From: a virus
Taxonomy: Duplodnaviria > Caudoviricetes
Length of the DNA stretch: 64,000 nt
Direction: 5' to 3' (one strand)
Virus record (IMG/VR): IMGVR_UViG_3300021426_000063
Span: 32,001-96,000 of that record
Shown here: positions 28,035-37,815 of the stretch, in pieces
How the letters are laid out: each line of letters begins with the position of its first letter
Numbering within the stretch: position 1 is the first letter of the stretch
The notes under the pieces: model-generated
What the model saw: only the letters and a program-made list of their open reading frames with translations
Told to the model about the DNA's origin: nothing
Databases searched by the model: none
Position numbers and translations under genes: made by a program

Positions 28035-29777
28035 TTAATAAAGACTTACGCCTTCACCAAGTTTGATGTCGAATGAGTAGTAGTACAACTGTGGGTGATG
28101 ACCAGCACGAACGATTGCATAACGAGACTTCAATGAAGTAACAGGAGCACCTTCCATACCTTCAGCAGGATATGAGAGTTTGTCAGCCATCAAGTAAGGC
28201 ATGAATACAAGACCAGGCTCGTTATCCTTACCCTTTCTACCAACAACAACCTTTGTTGAAGCCCAAGGCATATTAGGATCAACATAGATAGAAACACCTG
28301 AAATTGCACCTACTGGGTAGAGTGAACCAGCGTTCTGGTTGATAGTATTTGAAAGAGGATATGCTACGAAACCAGCGCAATCCTGGAGAGCAGTAGCAAT
28401 AGCAGCTGAGCAAACTGCGAAGGTACCAGCACCTCTACGACCTCTCTGAGCGATGAGGTTAGAAGCAGCAAGAATCTTACTCATGATTCTCCTCTGGATA
28501 GTACCGAGGGTCTCAGCACCACCACCTACATATGACTTGGTGTAACCTTCAACATCAGCAGCAGTAGGATCAACTACAAAGTAAGTATTGAGGTTGATAC
28601 CTTCGAATGCCTCTGCTTCAATGTGGTTCTGGTCACCGAGAGCAAAGATTTCATCAAGAAGTTCACGGTTGATGTGCTGTGTCAACTCATTTACAAGCTC
28701 TGCTTCTACCTGAGCAACTGCATCAATACCATAAGCCTTCAAGTCCTGGATCTGCTCACGAGTGATAGCACCCTTAACCTGGATGGTCTTAGCCTTAACA
28801 CTCAAAGTGAAGGTATTAAGAGACATCATATTTGAAGGAGTTGATTCACCAGTCTCTCTGTCATATGCCTTTGCAGACATAGGATCACCATTCTTGAAAC
28901 CATTACCTGAGAAACCAGGGATGAAGTCTTCGAGAGCCTTTACAGTGTCAATGTCAACTACATAGAACTTTGAACCATCCTTACCAGTGATAATAGGTTC
29001 GTCAACAAGGAGAGTTTCTGCAAGTGAAGCAGCAGCACCCTCACCACCATTAACCTTACCAAGACCAGCATAGTAAGCCTTTTCCTTTACCTGGAAGATA
29101 GGACGACCGTCGATACGACCAAGAGCAACAAAGATGAGCTCATAATCACCAACAGAGATAGGATCCATATGAGGAACAAAAGCCTTCTGGAGGTCTTTGA
29201 ATTTAAGAGCATGGTTGATTGCATCTTCGTTTACCAATGCAGCATCTGACTTAAGAGCATTCTCGATATCGCTATCAGAGTTTGCATCACCTGCTGAAAG
29301 GGTCAACTTAACCATAAGAGGAGCAGTCTTTGATTCATCTGCACCCTCGAAACGAGGACGGAAGTTAGTCTTACCACCTTCATATACATAATCCATGTAC
29401 TGGAGGATACCAAGAGGTCCCTGCATAGGTACTACTGGAACAAGATCAAGAGCGATTGTCTGAGCAGCTACCTGAACAGCAAGTGGAAGAAGTGAGAATG
29501 GGTTATCACCTGAACCACGAACACCATCATAACCATTGTTAGGATTTGCGCCTGGGAAGTAAGCAGCACCCATACCACCAACATTCATATTAGGATTGAG
29601 ATGTGCATAACCAAGAGCACTCTCATTAAGACTCTGCTTCTCATTCATATCATGATAAGCACAGTACTTTGACATCCAAGTCAATTTTGCACGATCAGTA
29701 ACGCCAGTTGACTCAGTGATAAAACCTGACCAAGTTTTCAAAACCTCAGCCTCGTTCAAAATAACATTCTGTAACAT
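28035..29777 (-). CDS. major capsid protein (T4 gp23-like)
   Basis: DLVPVVPMQGP, TREQIQDLKAYGIDA..EL.NELTQ.INRE, RRGAGTF, GLVFMPY, SRYA. Confidence 0.93.
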   Translation of the reverse strand: MLQNVILNEAEVLKTWSGFITESTGVTDRAKLTWMSKYCAYHDMNEKQSLNESALGYAHLNPNMNVGGMGAAYFPGANPNNGYDGVRGSGDNPFSLLPLAVQVAAQTIALDLVPVVPMQGPLGILQYMDYVYEGGKTNFRPRFEGADESKTAPLMVKLTLSAGDANSDSDIENALKSDAALVNEDAINHALKFKDLQKAFVPHMDPISVGDYELIFVALGRIDGRPIFQVKEKAYYAGLGKVNGGEGAAASLAETLLVDEPIITGKDGSKFYVVDIDTVKALEDFIPGFSGNGFKNGDPMSAKAYDRETGESTPSNMMSLNTFTLSVKAKTIQVKGAITREQIQDLKAYGIDAVAQVEAELVNELTQHINRELLDEIFALGDQNHIEAEAFEGINLNTYFVVDPTAADVEGYTKSYVGGGAETLGTIQRRIMSKILAASNLIAQRGRRGAGTFAVCSAAIATALQDCAGFVAYPLSNTINQNAGSLYPVGAISGVSIYVDPNMPWASTKVVVGRKGKDNEPGLVFMPYLMADKLSYPAEGMEGAPVTSLKSRYAIVRAGHHPQLYYYSFDIKLGEGVSLY

Positions 29778-29870
29778 AGTTTTAATTTTGATTTTTTGTA
29801 TATTTTATTATTGAATCAACCTAAAAATAGATCTTTGCTTCTATTATCTTTTTTAGATTTTTCCATGTTG

Positions 29871-29923
29871 TTTACTATATTTATGTAAATACTTTTTCAA
29901 GTATTTTACTATATTTATGTAAA
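29871..29923 (-). promoter_or_regulatory. duplicated late promoter (19-bp direct repeat, each with CATAAATA)
   Basis: tttactatatttatgtaaa at 29871-29889 and 29905-29923. Confidence 0.75.
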
Positions 29924-29984
29924 ATATTTTTTAAGATTTTTTATTTGCTCTATGAAGAGGTTTCACCCTCATCATAGAATATTT

Positions 29985-30464
29985 TTAAATGTAATCCGGG
30001 TCTGGATTCTCAATAGGACTCATTGCATCTTTTGGGAAATCCATCTCACCATATTTTCTCGGAGGACGTCTGTAAGGGCAACCATTGACTTCACATCTGT
30101 ACCAATTAAGTTCGGCAATAACCATATCTTTTTTGTTACATTCTGCTCTACAATCACTGAATCTATCCCAGGCAGCATCTTTTGACTTATAAACCTCATC
30201 TAATCGATCTGACATCTTCTCAACGTCTGATTCAAGTTTTGTTTTCTCCTCCAAGCAATTATGATAGAGTTTTATCCATTCCTCATTGGATGCAGAAAGG
30301 TTTGAAATCTCTGCTGATTTAACCTCAACCTCAGCTGCTTTCACCTCTGCCTCTTTCATTCTCTTTTGAAGTCTGAAATAGAAGATACTTCCAATACCTC
30401 CGGTTGTGAGAAAAGTAATCAAATTAGGGATCACATATGTAAGAAGTACTTCTGACCAGTCCAT
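29985..30464 (-). CDS. membrane-anchored coiled-coil protein (possible holin/lysis-related)
   Basis: N-terminal TM helix, coiled coil, C-terminal CEVNGCPYRRPP. Confidence 0.5.
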   Translation of the reverse strand: MDWSEVLLTYVIPNLITFLTTGGIGSIFYFRLQKRMKEAEVKAAEVEVKSAEISNLSASNEEWIKLYHNCLEEKTKLESDVEKMSDRLDEVYKSKDAAWDRFSDCRAECNKKDMVIAELNWYRCEVNGCPYRRPPRKYGEMDFPKDAMSPIENPDPDYI

Positions 30465-30521
30465 TTTATATATGTTTGCTTTTGTTATGTATTTTTGTTT
30501 TGGAAGAATGAGGAAATACTA

Positions 30522-32459
30522 TTAATATTTCCTCATTCTTCTTTGAATCTGTTCCTTCATTGCCTGAAGTCTTTCATCTGAAACTACATTCTCATTAACA
30601 GCGGTTGGCTGTGCAACAGCAGCTTCATCAACCTTCTTGAGTTCAATCTGCTTGTCTCTGAAATCTCTGGTGTTCCAGAAATATTCTGCACTGGCCTGGT
30701 TGTTAATTACAAACATCTTTGCTTCTGCCAGAATTTCTTGTTTTCTCTCATCTGAAAGTTTTGACCATCTTTCATTGAGTCTTTCAGGAAGATAGTTGAT
30801 AAGTGTGAAGTTCTTTGTATCAACTCCCTTCTTTGACTCTTCAAGTGCCTTTGCCTCTGCTGCCTTTGCTTCTGCATAAGCTGCTTTTGCTGTGGCAAGG
30901 ATTGCATCAAGTCTCTCTGAAAGTTCAGTTCTGTATGCCTTTGCATCAAACTTCTCTTCCTTAACAGTAGTTGCAGGTTCTGTTGTACCTTCACCCTCTG
31001 TGTTGGTGTTCTCATTGACTGACTCATTCTCAACTGTTGCAGCAGGTTCTGTTGTTGCTGCTGGTTCAGCAGGAGTATCTTCCTTATTTTCTACAATAAT
31101 GTTTCCACCCATCTTGTTAACTTCCTCAACAATGTAATCCTGATGCTCAATCATCTGGTTCATCTTTTCTGCAAGGTAGTCATTGTGAGCAATACTCTTG
31201 TTCTGTTCCTCTGCGAGCATATTTGAATAATCAATAGACTTATCCAACATTTCTGCTACATAGTTCTGATAAGAGATGGTGTCATTGATGTTCTCTGCAA
31301 GATAATCCTGGTGAGCAATCATCTGGTTCATCTTCTCTGCAAGATAATCATTGTAACCAACCATCTTGTTCATATTCTCTGCAAGATAATTGTTGTGCTC
31401 AATGATCTTGTTTGCCTCATCAGCAATGTAATCCTGGTGAGTGATTGACTTATCAAGTGTCTCTGCAAGATACTTGGTATAAGCTTTGAGATTATTGTAG
31501 GTCTCTTCAACAACAGCAAGTTTTGCTTCAAGTTCAACAACCTTCTGCTCATTAGCTGCACCTTCACCCTTTGCCTTTGCTACTTCCTTTGCTACAAGAT
31601 CAGCGATCAAAGAGTTATCAATAGTTGCTGGGTCAAAAGTCTGGGTAGGAGTTTCTCCACCTTTCTCTTTATAACTAATCAACTCATCCTTGATATTGGA
31701 AATGGCAGACTGAAGTTCACCAACAATCTCTGAGAGATGTTCACTGTACTTCTGAAAATCAGCGTACTGAATGAATTTGTTGTCTTCCATATTTGTATTT
31801 TTTAATGTATCTTCATTTCTCTGTGCCTGTGGTTCTGCATAGTCAACAGTCTTCTCAACCTTTGGATCCAACTCTGTATTGGCATCTTCTGAAATATCAT
31901 AGATGTCAATGTTTTCATCATCACCAAATCCATAAGATTCATTGACCCTCTTCAACTGTGCATTGGCAAAACCAGGATCTGCAACAAGGTCATAAGTGAA
32001 GAGTTGCTGGAGTTTTACATGTCCAGACTCATCTACTGTACCTGCTGCTCTTGAAGAGATATTCAGAGGAATTCCATCTCTTACAAGTGCCTGTGCTTCC
32101 TTACCAGCTGTGGTGTTAAGGAGTCTAATCTTACCAACAATTGCATTCTGCTGTGGATCAAATTCAAGACTTTCAACAACATGTGAAACATTACCAAGTG
32201 AGATTTCAAATCCATGTGGATGATCCAACTCACCAAGAAGTCTCTTACTCTCAATCTGCTCTCTCAAAGCTTCAACATGTGGAAGGAAATCAGCAGACTC
32301 ATAGATTCTACCATTACGGTTTTTTGTATTGAATGATGTGAAAAGTCCAGTTAATACAATAGAATCGCTGTGTTCATTGTTTTCATTCAATGTCTGTTCC
32401 ACTGAATAATCAAGTGGGGCATTAGAGCGTTCTACTATCAATAGTTTCTTCTCTTTCAT
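30522..32459 (-). CDS. prohead protease (gp21-like) fused to scaffolding/core protein (gp22-like)
   Basis: NRNGRIY, LGELDHP, SH, ISSRAAG, YDLVADPGF; C-terminal coiled coil with 14-aa repeats. Confidence 0.92.
   Translation of the reverse strand: MKEKKLLIVERSNAPLDYSVEQTLNENNEHSDSIVLTGLFTSFNTKNRNGRIYESADFLPHVEALREQIESKRLLGELDHPHGFEISLGNVSHVVESLEFDPQQNAIVGKIRLLNTTAGKEAQALVRDGIPLNISSRAAGTVDESGHVKLQQLFTYDLVADPGFANAQLKRVNESYGFGDDENIDIYDISEDANTELDPKVEKTVDYAEPQAQRNEDTLKNTNMEDNKFIQYADFQKYSEHLSEIVGELQSAISNIKDELISYKEKGGETPTQTFDPATIDNSLIADLVAKEVAKAKGEGAANEQKVVELEAKLAVVEETYNNLKAYTKYLAETLDKSITHQDYIADEANKIIEHNNYLAENMNKMVGYNDYLAEKMNQMIAHQDYLAENINDTISYQNYVAEMLDKSIDYSNMLAEEQNKSIAHNDYLAEKMNQMIEHQDYIVEEVNKMGGNIIVENKEDTPAEPAATTEPAATVENESVNENTNTEGEGTTEPATTVKEEKFDAKAYRTELSERLDAILATAKAAYAEAKAAEAKALEESKKGVDTKNFTLINYLPERLNERWSKLSDERKQEILAEAKMFVINNQASAEYFWNTRDFRDKQIELKKVDEAAVAQPTAVNENVVSDERLQAMKEQIQRRMRKY
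31120..31485 (-). repeat. about 9 degenerate 42-bp (14-aa) coiled-coil repeats in scaffold
   Basis: (H/Y)xxY(L/I/V)AExxx(K/Q)xIx repeated. Confidence 0.8.
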
Positions 32460-32494
32460 TTTTAATGAATTTTCTTGTATATAATTTTATATGG

Positions 32495-32502
32495 TATTTA
32501 TG
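32495..32502 (-). promoter_or_regulatory. phage late promoter CATAAATA
   Basis: Upstream of the protease gene. Confidence 0.75.
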
Positions 32503-32523
32503 AAAAATATTTTTTACTAATTT

Positions 32524-34242
32524 TTAAAGTCCTGCAAGAGGGTTTCTTCCACCACCACCATTGTCTTCTTCCTTCTCTTCATTCTCTTTCTTTTTCTTCT
32601 TGTCAGGTTCAAAATCAGATTTTGGAGCACCATCAAGAATCTTAGCAATGTCCTCTTGCTTGTAACCTTCCTTCTTGAGTTTCTTCTCATCTTTATATCT
32701 CTGGTTGAGTTGAAGTTTCTCATCACTCAATCCAAGATACTCACGGACCATAAAGTCAATATCAAAATAAGGGGTTTCATTACCTTCATCATCAGTAACA
32801 ACAATAGAACCCATAATAGATGAGATGAAGTCGGCCTTCTTCTGGAGAAGTTCAATCTCTTTGTTCTCTTCAAAGACAGAATCCTTGTTGTATTCAAGAC
32901 CAAGGTTCACACGGAAGTTCATATCTGTCATGATGTTCTTGTGTTTCAAGCACATCTGGAGATATGTAGGTTTGATAAGGATTTCAGAGAAGATTGCTCT
33001 CAATCTACCAATGAACTTACTGAATCTGATTTCCTCCCTGGCAATACCTTCAGCACTCATAGTGTACTGACCTTCACCCTGTTCCTTCTCAAACCTGGTG
33101 AAAGGAATCTTTGATGCCTGACGGAGTTTATCCCTGAAGTATCTCAATGCCTCTGTATCAGAAATCTCTGGACCATCATTACCAATGTTCTGAATCTGTG
33201 GAGTCTCACCACCCTCTGATGCCATAAAGATGTCCTTATAGAACTGCAACATTGGTCTACCATTGGTCTTAATCTCACCAGAATCCCAGTCAAAATCAAC
33301 CAACTCCTTATAGTTTGCCATTGCCTGAGCCAAGGTCTGACGACCTCTTGGTGATTGTACAGAACCAACAGGAATGATATACTGTGTCTTATATGAAGCA
33401 TTGGTAACAGCCCAGATGATACGGGTTGCCTCCATAGTCCTTAAAATATTGAATGACCTGATAAGTCTTTCAACATAAGATATCCTGGAAACAGTGTCTG
33501 CCTTTGCATAAGAAAGGTAAATAATCTGGGAATCATAAAGAATCCTGTCCTGTGTGGTCTGGCCATTGATACCAACTCTCTGGTTGACAAACCAGATTTT
33601 CTCATTGGTGTTAGGGTCAATACCAGGAGTAAGACAGGCAGGATCCAACTCAATGAAACCAATAATCTCTGTTTGGTCTTCATTGTAAACAATTTCAAAT
33701 GCAAGGAAACCATCAATCAACCATTTCCTGAAATAATCAGTTGCCTGGACAGTATCATAGAATCCAAAATAATTGTAAATCTTATTATACTCATCTGCAA
33801 ACTCATCAAGGATGGCCTGGTCTGCCTTGTAGTTGAGCTTTATATTTGCGAACTTGTTCGCACCGTCAAACACAATACTCTCCTCACAGATAATATCAAG
33901 TATTTCCTCAATTTCATCCTGTAAGGCAAACCTTCTCAACTGTTCCTTTTTCTTCTGATAGTTCTCCTCTGAAAGATTGAAATAACCCTTTGAGATAGTA
34001 GGGTCAGTTGCAGACATCCTTGCAAAAAGAACCTGTATATTCTCATCATTGATTGAACCAACCTGACCAGTCACAGGATTAGTCTGTAACTGGGCAGTCT
34101 GTAAATCAAGGTTCATGGAACGAACATTCTTGATGACATCATCCTTATAGTTCATTCCAAAACTTGACAAACTTCTCAACATCCTTGTTACAGGATTGGG
34201 ATTACTAGTATTATTTCTATTTGTATTTGTAAAACCAGCCAT
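32524..34242 (-). CDS. portal vertex protein (T4 gp20-like)
   Basis: EIEEILDII.EE, FRKWLIDG, SYVERL..FN.LR.ME, YFRDKL..ASKIP..R, REEIRFSKFI.RLR..F; late promoter at 34280-34287. Confidence 0.92.
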   Translation of the reverse strand: MAGFTNTNRNNTSNPNPVTRMLRSLSSFGMNYKDDVIKNVRSMNLDLQTAQLQTNPVTGQVGSINDENIQVLFARMSATDPTISKGYFNLSEENYQKKKEQLRRFALQDEIEEILDIICEESIVFDGANKFANIKLNYKADQAILDEFADEYNKIYNYFGFYDTVQATDYFRKWLIDGFLAFEIVYNEDQTEIIGFIELDPACLTPGIDPNTNEKIWFVNQRVGINGQTTQDRILYDSQIIYLSYAKADTVSRISYVERLIRSFNILRTMEATRIIWAVTNASYKTQYIIPVGSVQSPRGRQTLAQAMANYKELVDFDWDSGEIKTNGRPMLQFYKDIFMASEGGETPQIQNIGNDGPEISDTEALRYFRDKLRQASKIPFTRFEKEQGEGQYTMSAEGIAREEIRFSKFIGRLRAIFSEILIKPTYLQMCLKHKNIMTDMNFRVNLGLEYNKDSVFEENKEIELLQKKADFISSIMGSIVVTDDEGNETPYFDIDFMVREYLGLSDEKLQLNQRYKDEKKLKKEGYKQEDIAKILDGAPKSDFEPDKKKKKENEEKEEDNGGGGRNPLAGL

Positions 34243-34299
34243 AAAAAGTCTGTATTTAAATAAATTACACTATTCTATATATTTATGTTTATCTTGTAA

Positions 34300-37077
34300 T
34301 TAAACAGAACCAATTGTATAAGTTAAAGTAGAGGCATCACTAAAACGTAAAATAATCTCTAAATCAGCAACGATATCTCCCAAAAGAGAAACACTACCAG
34401 GATTACCCTCAAAAACACCATTTCCAGAAAACATTTTAACATTACTATTTCTTATAAAATCTGTCACAGATGATGTTATATCAGATGAATGTGTGGCAAA
34501 TTTTACATGTGCACTTATTTGTGATAATTTTCCATATTTTGAACCACCAATCCAAATATCTTCTTGCAGTTGAGAAATTGTTATATGAACATCATCTATG
34601 ACATATCTTTCAGCAGATGATGAAGATAATGTACCAGAAGAATATGTTTCAGGTGATATTACATAAATTGATTCAATACAATTTGCATTACTATAATTGG
34701 TACTTGAAAATGAATTGGTTTGTACACCTTGTTTATTTCCAGGATACCAAGATACTGAACTATCAGTTACTATATTATATATCAACTTATAAATATTATC
34801 ATTTAAAGTTAAAGAATTTACATTAGCATCACTAATTGTTGATGTCATATAATATACTGTTCCTGAATATAACAATGCTTTAAATACAGAAGCATTAAAT
34901 TCTGTAATATTGATTTTAGAAGAACTGTTTTGAATATATCTGCTATTTGGGTCAAAACCATATAATGTTTTTACATTTCCACTTGAATCAGCAAGACCTT
35001 CATTAATCAATATTGGTTTCATCTTATTGATACTTGTTATATCAGTTGTTCCATAATCAAATCCAAACTTGTATCTTGCACTTGATGATGAAGATGATAT
35101 TTGTGATGACATAAACACCTGGAATGCCTTTGAATTATAGGTTCCATTGATCACGGGAGCACCGGTGTTTATGCCATACTGTTTGTAATAGCCGGTGTTC
35201 CTGTTAGAAAAAAAAAGGTTTGAAGATGTAGTGTTAATTGTTCCTGTTACCCAAGTTGCAGGAGTTAAATAATATGTTTCAATTTCATTACCTCCTGGAG
35301 ATTTATAGTCAAAACATAAAGCTGGAACATTTTTAAGATATTTCTTTCCATCTTCTTCTTCGGCCTTTTCATACAATTCAGAATTGGTATCTGTAATTTC
35401 AAATTTATCAATTATTTTAATATAAATTTTAGAATTATGTTCAGATGATTCTATAGAAAAATCTGTAGAATTTATTGTTGTTGTTCTTTTAATGTTAGAT
35501 ACACTATCTGTATTTTCTGCTCTAAATGAATTTGCTGTTATTGTACCAGATATTTCAGCATCTGTAGCAATAAGTTTTCCACTCTTATAAACTCTAAATT
35601 TTGCATTTTCTCTATCATTAAAATTATCACATCCAGCAAAAAATCTCAAATTATCAGCAGAATTATCTGCCCCCATCATACCAGCAGTAGTATTTCCCTT
35701 TGAAGAACCAACAAAAATATTACCAGCAAGCAATAAACCATTTTCACCTTCAATTTTACTAAATGCATCTGTTAACCATTTATCATCATATGGTTCTTGG
35801 TCAGAATCTCCTCCACCACCATTTTCATCCCAACCTTCATCATGTCCAACACCTTTAATGAAGTCCTTTAAAGATTTATTTCCTCCTGTTCCTTCAATTG
35901 TCAATGAAGTTGCAGTAATCTTACCCCTAACTTCAACTCCACCCTCACCATCTGTATTAACTTTGAAATTAGGAGAATCTATTGTAATATTATCTGTTGC
36001 TGATATCTCACAGTTTTCAGAATTCAATCTTAATTTATGATTGGCATCAAGTATAATCTGGTCGGCATTCAAATGAATACCAGAACCATACTGATTTGCC
36101 CAGGATGTGATAGATGCTTTAATCTCTTCACCATGCTCACCAAATGCCTTATTAATAATTTCAGTTTCAGAATATCCATCACCAACAGATACAACAATTG
36201 TTGCAACCTCTGTTGCAATAGTCTTGAATACTTTTTTACAAACAGTCATAAAAACCTTATATGCCTTATCATATGCCATAAGTTTAAGACAGTTTTTCTC
36301 ATAGTATTGATCATCTTCTGGCCAATGAATAAATGGTTCTTCATCTTCACCACAAGGGAAATATTCTTTAAGTTCTTCTTGATCTGTTATATTCTCAAAT
36401 GTTTCAAGTATATCATCCTGTTCTTTTGATGTTAAACCACTATACAAAAAATCTTCAAGTGATTTAAATAATGAATGTGCTTCAACCTCTGGATCACTTG
36501 AAACTGTATTTTCTCTTGAAGTTGAATTGTTATAATCACCAAGTTCACCAGTATTGTAAACAAGATACTCCTGATTCTCATTTTTTTCATATACTGTATA
36601 GAACTTATTATTTGCAGCAGCAATAGTAACACTACCAAATTTATCACCAGATTGCTGATAAATCATAGTTTGGTTTATTCTTGAATCAAGATCTTCAAAT
36701 TTATCATTAACTTCTGATGTATAACCATCCAAATATTCATCAACATATACATTAGATAACTTCTGAATGGTATTAGACAAAATACCTTCAGTATTCCTTA
36801 ATGCATTATCAACCATAGCCTGAATATCACTCTGTGTAGGCATACGGTTAACCTTATCAGACAATCCATTAATGATTCTTGAAACATCAATGTTCCTCAA
36901 ATCAACAACCTGCTTTAATCCTTCTATTTCTTCCTTAATACTCTTGATATAACTGTCCCATTTATATCTGTCTTGTTCATCCTGTTCTGCAAGAATCCTG
37001 AAATTATCATTGATTTTATGCATTGACTCAGATATAATGTCAGAGCCTTCAAGTTCTATGATTGTATTATTCTTCAT
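34300..37077 (-). CDS. tail fibre/spike-like structural protein
   Basis: N-terminal S...INDNF, coiled coil, LNADQI and AKFRVYKSGKLIATDAEISGTITANS beta-repeat segments; Ser/Asn-rich C-terminus. Confidence 0.6.
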   Translation of the reverse strand: MKNNTIIELEGSDIISESMHKINDNFRILAEQDEQDRYKWDSYIKSIKEEIEGLKQVVDLRNIDVSRIINGLSDKVNRMPTQSDIQAMVDNALRNTEGILSNTIQKLSNVYVDEYLDGYTSEVNDKFEDLDSRINQTMIYQQSGDKFGSVTIAAANNKFYTVYEKNENQEYLVYNTGELGDYNNSTSRENTVSSDPEVEAHSLFKSLEDFLYSGLTSKEQDDILETFENITDQEELKEYFPCGEDEEPFIHWPEDDQYYEKNCLKLMAYDKAYKVFMTVCKKVFKTIATEVATIVVSVGDGYSETEIINKAFGEHGEEIKASITSWANQYGSGIHLNADQIILDANHKLRLNSENCEISATDNITIDSPNFKVNTDGEGGVEVRGKITATSLTIEGTGGNKSLKDFIKGVGHDEGWDENGGGGDSDQEPYDDKWLTDAFSKIEGENGLLLAGNIFVGSSKGNTTAGMMGADNSADNLRFFAGCDNFNDRENAKFRVYKSGKLIATDAEISGTITANSFRAENTDSVSNIKRTTTINSTDFSIESSEHNSKIYIKIIDKFEITDTNSELYEKAEEEDGKKYLKNVPALCFDYKSPGGNEIETYYLTPATWVTGTINTTSSNLFFSNRNTGYYKQYGINTGAPVINGTYNSKAFQVFMSSQISSSSSSARYKFGFDYGTTDITSINKMKPILINEGLADSSGNVKTLYGFDPNSRYIQNSSSKINITEFNASVFKALLYSGTVYYMTSTISDANVNSLTLNDNIYKLIYNIVTDSSVSWYPGNKQGVQTNSFSSTNYSNANCIESIYVISPETYSSGTLSSSSAERYVIDDVHITISQLQEDIWIGGSKYGKLSQISAHVKFATHSSDITSSVTDFIRNSNVKMFSGNGVFEGNPGSVSLLGDIVADLEIILRFSDASTLTYTIGSV

Positions 37078-37118
37078 AATTATTGATTATCTTCTTTATT
37101 ACAAATTTATTAAAGTTA

Positions 37119-37421
37119 TTAAGCACTTCGTACCCAACTATACTCAACTGTATTTCCAGTTTTTCTTGCTTTTAAGATATAATTTCCATCTTCATTTGGC
37201 ATATCTGCACCAAGCATGGCAATATATTCAGACCTCAATTTATTGAGTGCTGAATTGAATGATACTTTCATATCATTAATTTCTTTATTTTTCTGATCAA
37301 TAGCATCTTCTAACTCATTAATTTTATTAACAAGTGCCCCTATATCTTGATTATAATATCCTGGAAATTCTTTAATTGGTGTTCCAGGTGTAATTTCTTC
37401 AAATGGATTACGTTCTGCCAT
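37119..37421 (-). CDS. hypothetical coiled-coil late protein
   Basis: In late operon; C-terminal PNEDGNYILKA...YSWV. Confidence 0.65.
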   Translation of the reverse strand: MAERNPFEEITPGTPIKEFPGYYNQDIGALVNKINELEDAIDQKNKEINDMKVSFNSALNKLRSEYIAMLGADMPNEDGNYILKARKTGNTVEYSWVRSA

Positions 37422-37432
37422 AATATCTAAAT

Positions 37433-37726
37433 TTAACTCTTATATCCAATATATGCTGCAACAGCAGATGTGAATGCTCTACTGTTCAATAAATCATAAA
37501 GAATGCCTGTTGTTATACCAAGTGCTTTACAGATTGCCCTACCAATCATAGGTCCAATGGATGCGCCGGCAACACCACCAACAAGAGAACCAAAAAGTCC
37601 CTCATCAACCTCTTCACCATTCTTAATCTTTTCAGCAATAACCTCTGCTGCTTCATTTATCATCTTTTCCTGTGATTCATCCAACTGAATATCCTCACTG
37701 AAAAACTCTTCATATTTCTGTATCAT
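37433..37726 (-). CDS. glycine-zipper membrane protein with capsid-targeting-like propeptide
   Basis: Start at ATG 37726, downstream of late promoter 37750-37757: MIQKYEEFFSE...LDES...INEA...VDE|GLFGSLVGGVAGASIG. Confidence 0.7.
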   Translation of the reverse strand: MIQKYEEFFSEDIQLDESQEKMINEAAEVIAEKIKNGEEVDEGLFGSLVGGVAGASIGPMIGRAICKALGITTGILYDLLNSRAFTSAVAAYIGYKS

Positions 37727-37815
37727 ACTCTTATAGATATAGTATATAGTATTTATGAGAAACAAAAAAGAGAGGGTAGTTTCCTACTCTCTCTTTTATT
37801 ATTGTTTGTGATTGA

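Noticed and set aside
34300-37077. Diversity-generating retroelement target
   Set aside because: No reverse transcriptase or TR/VR repeat pair is visible in the window.
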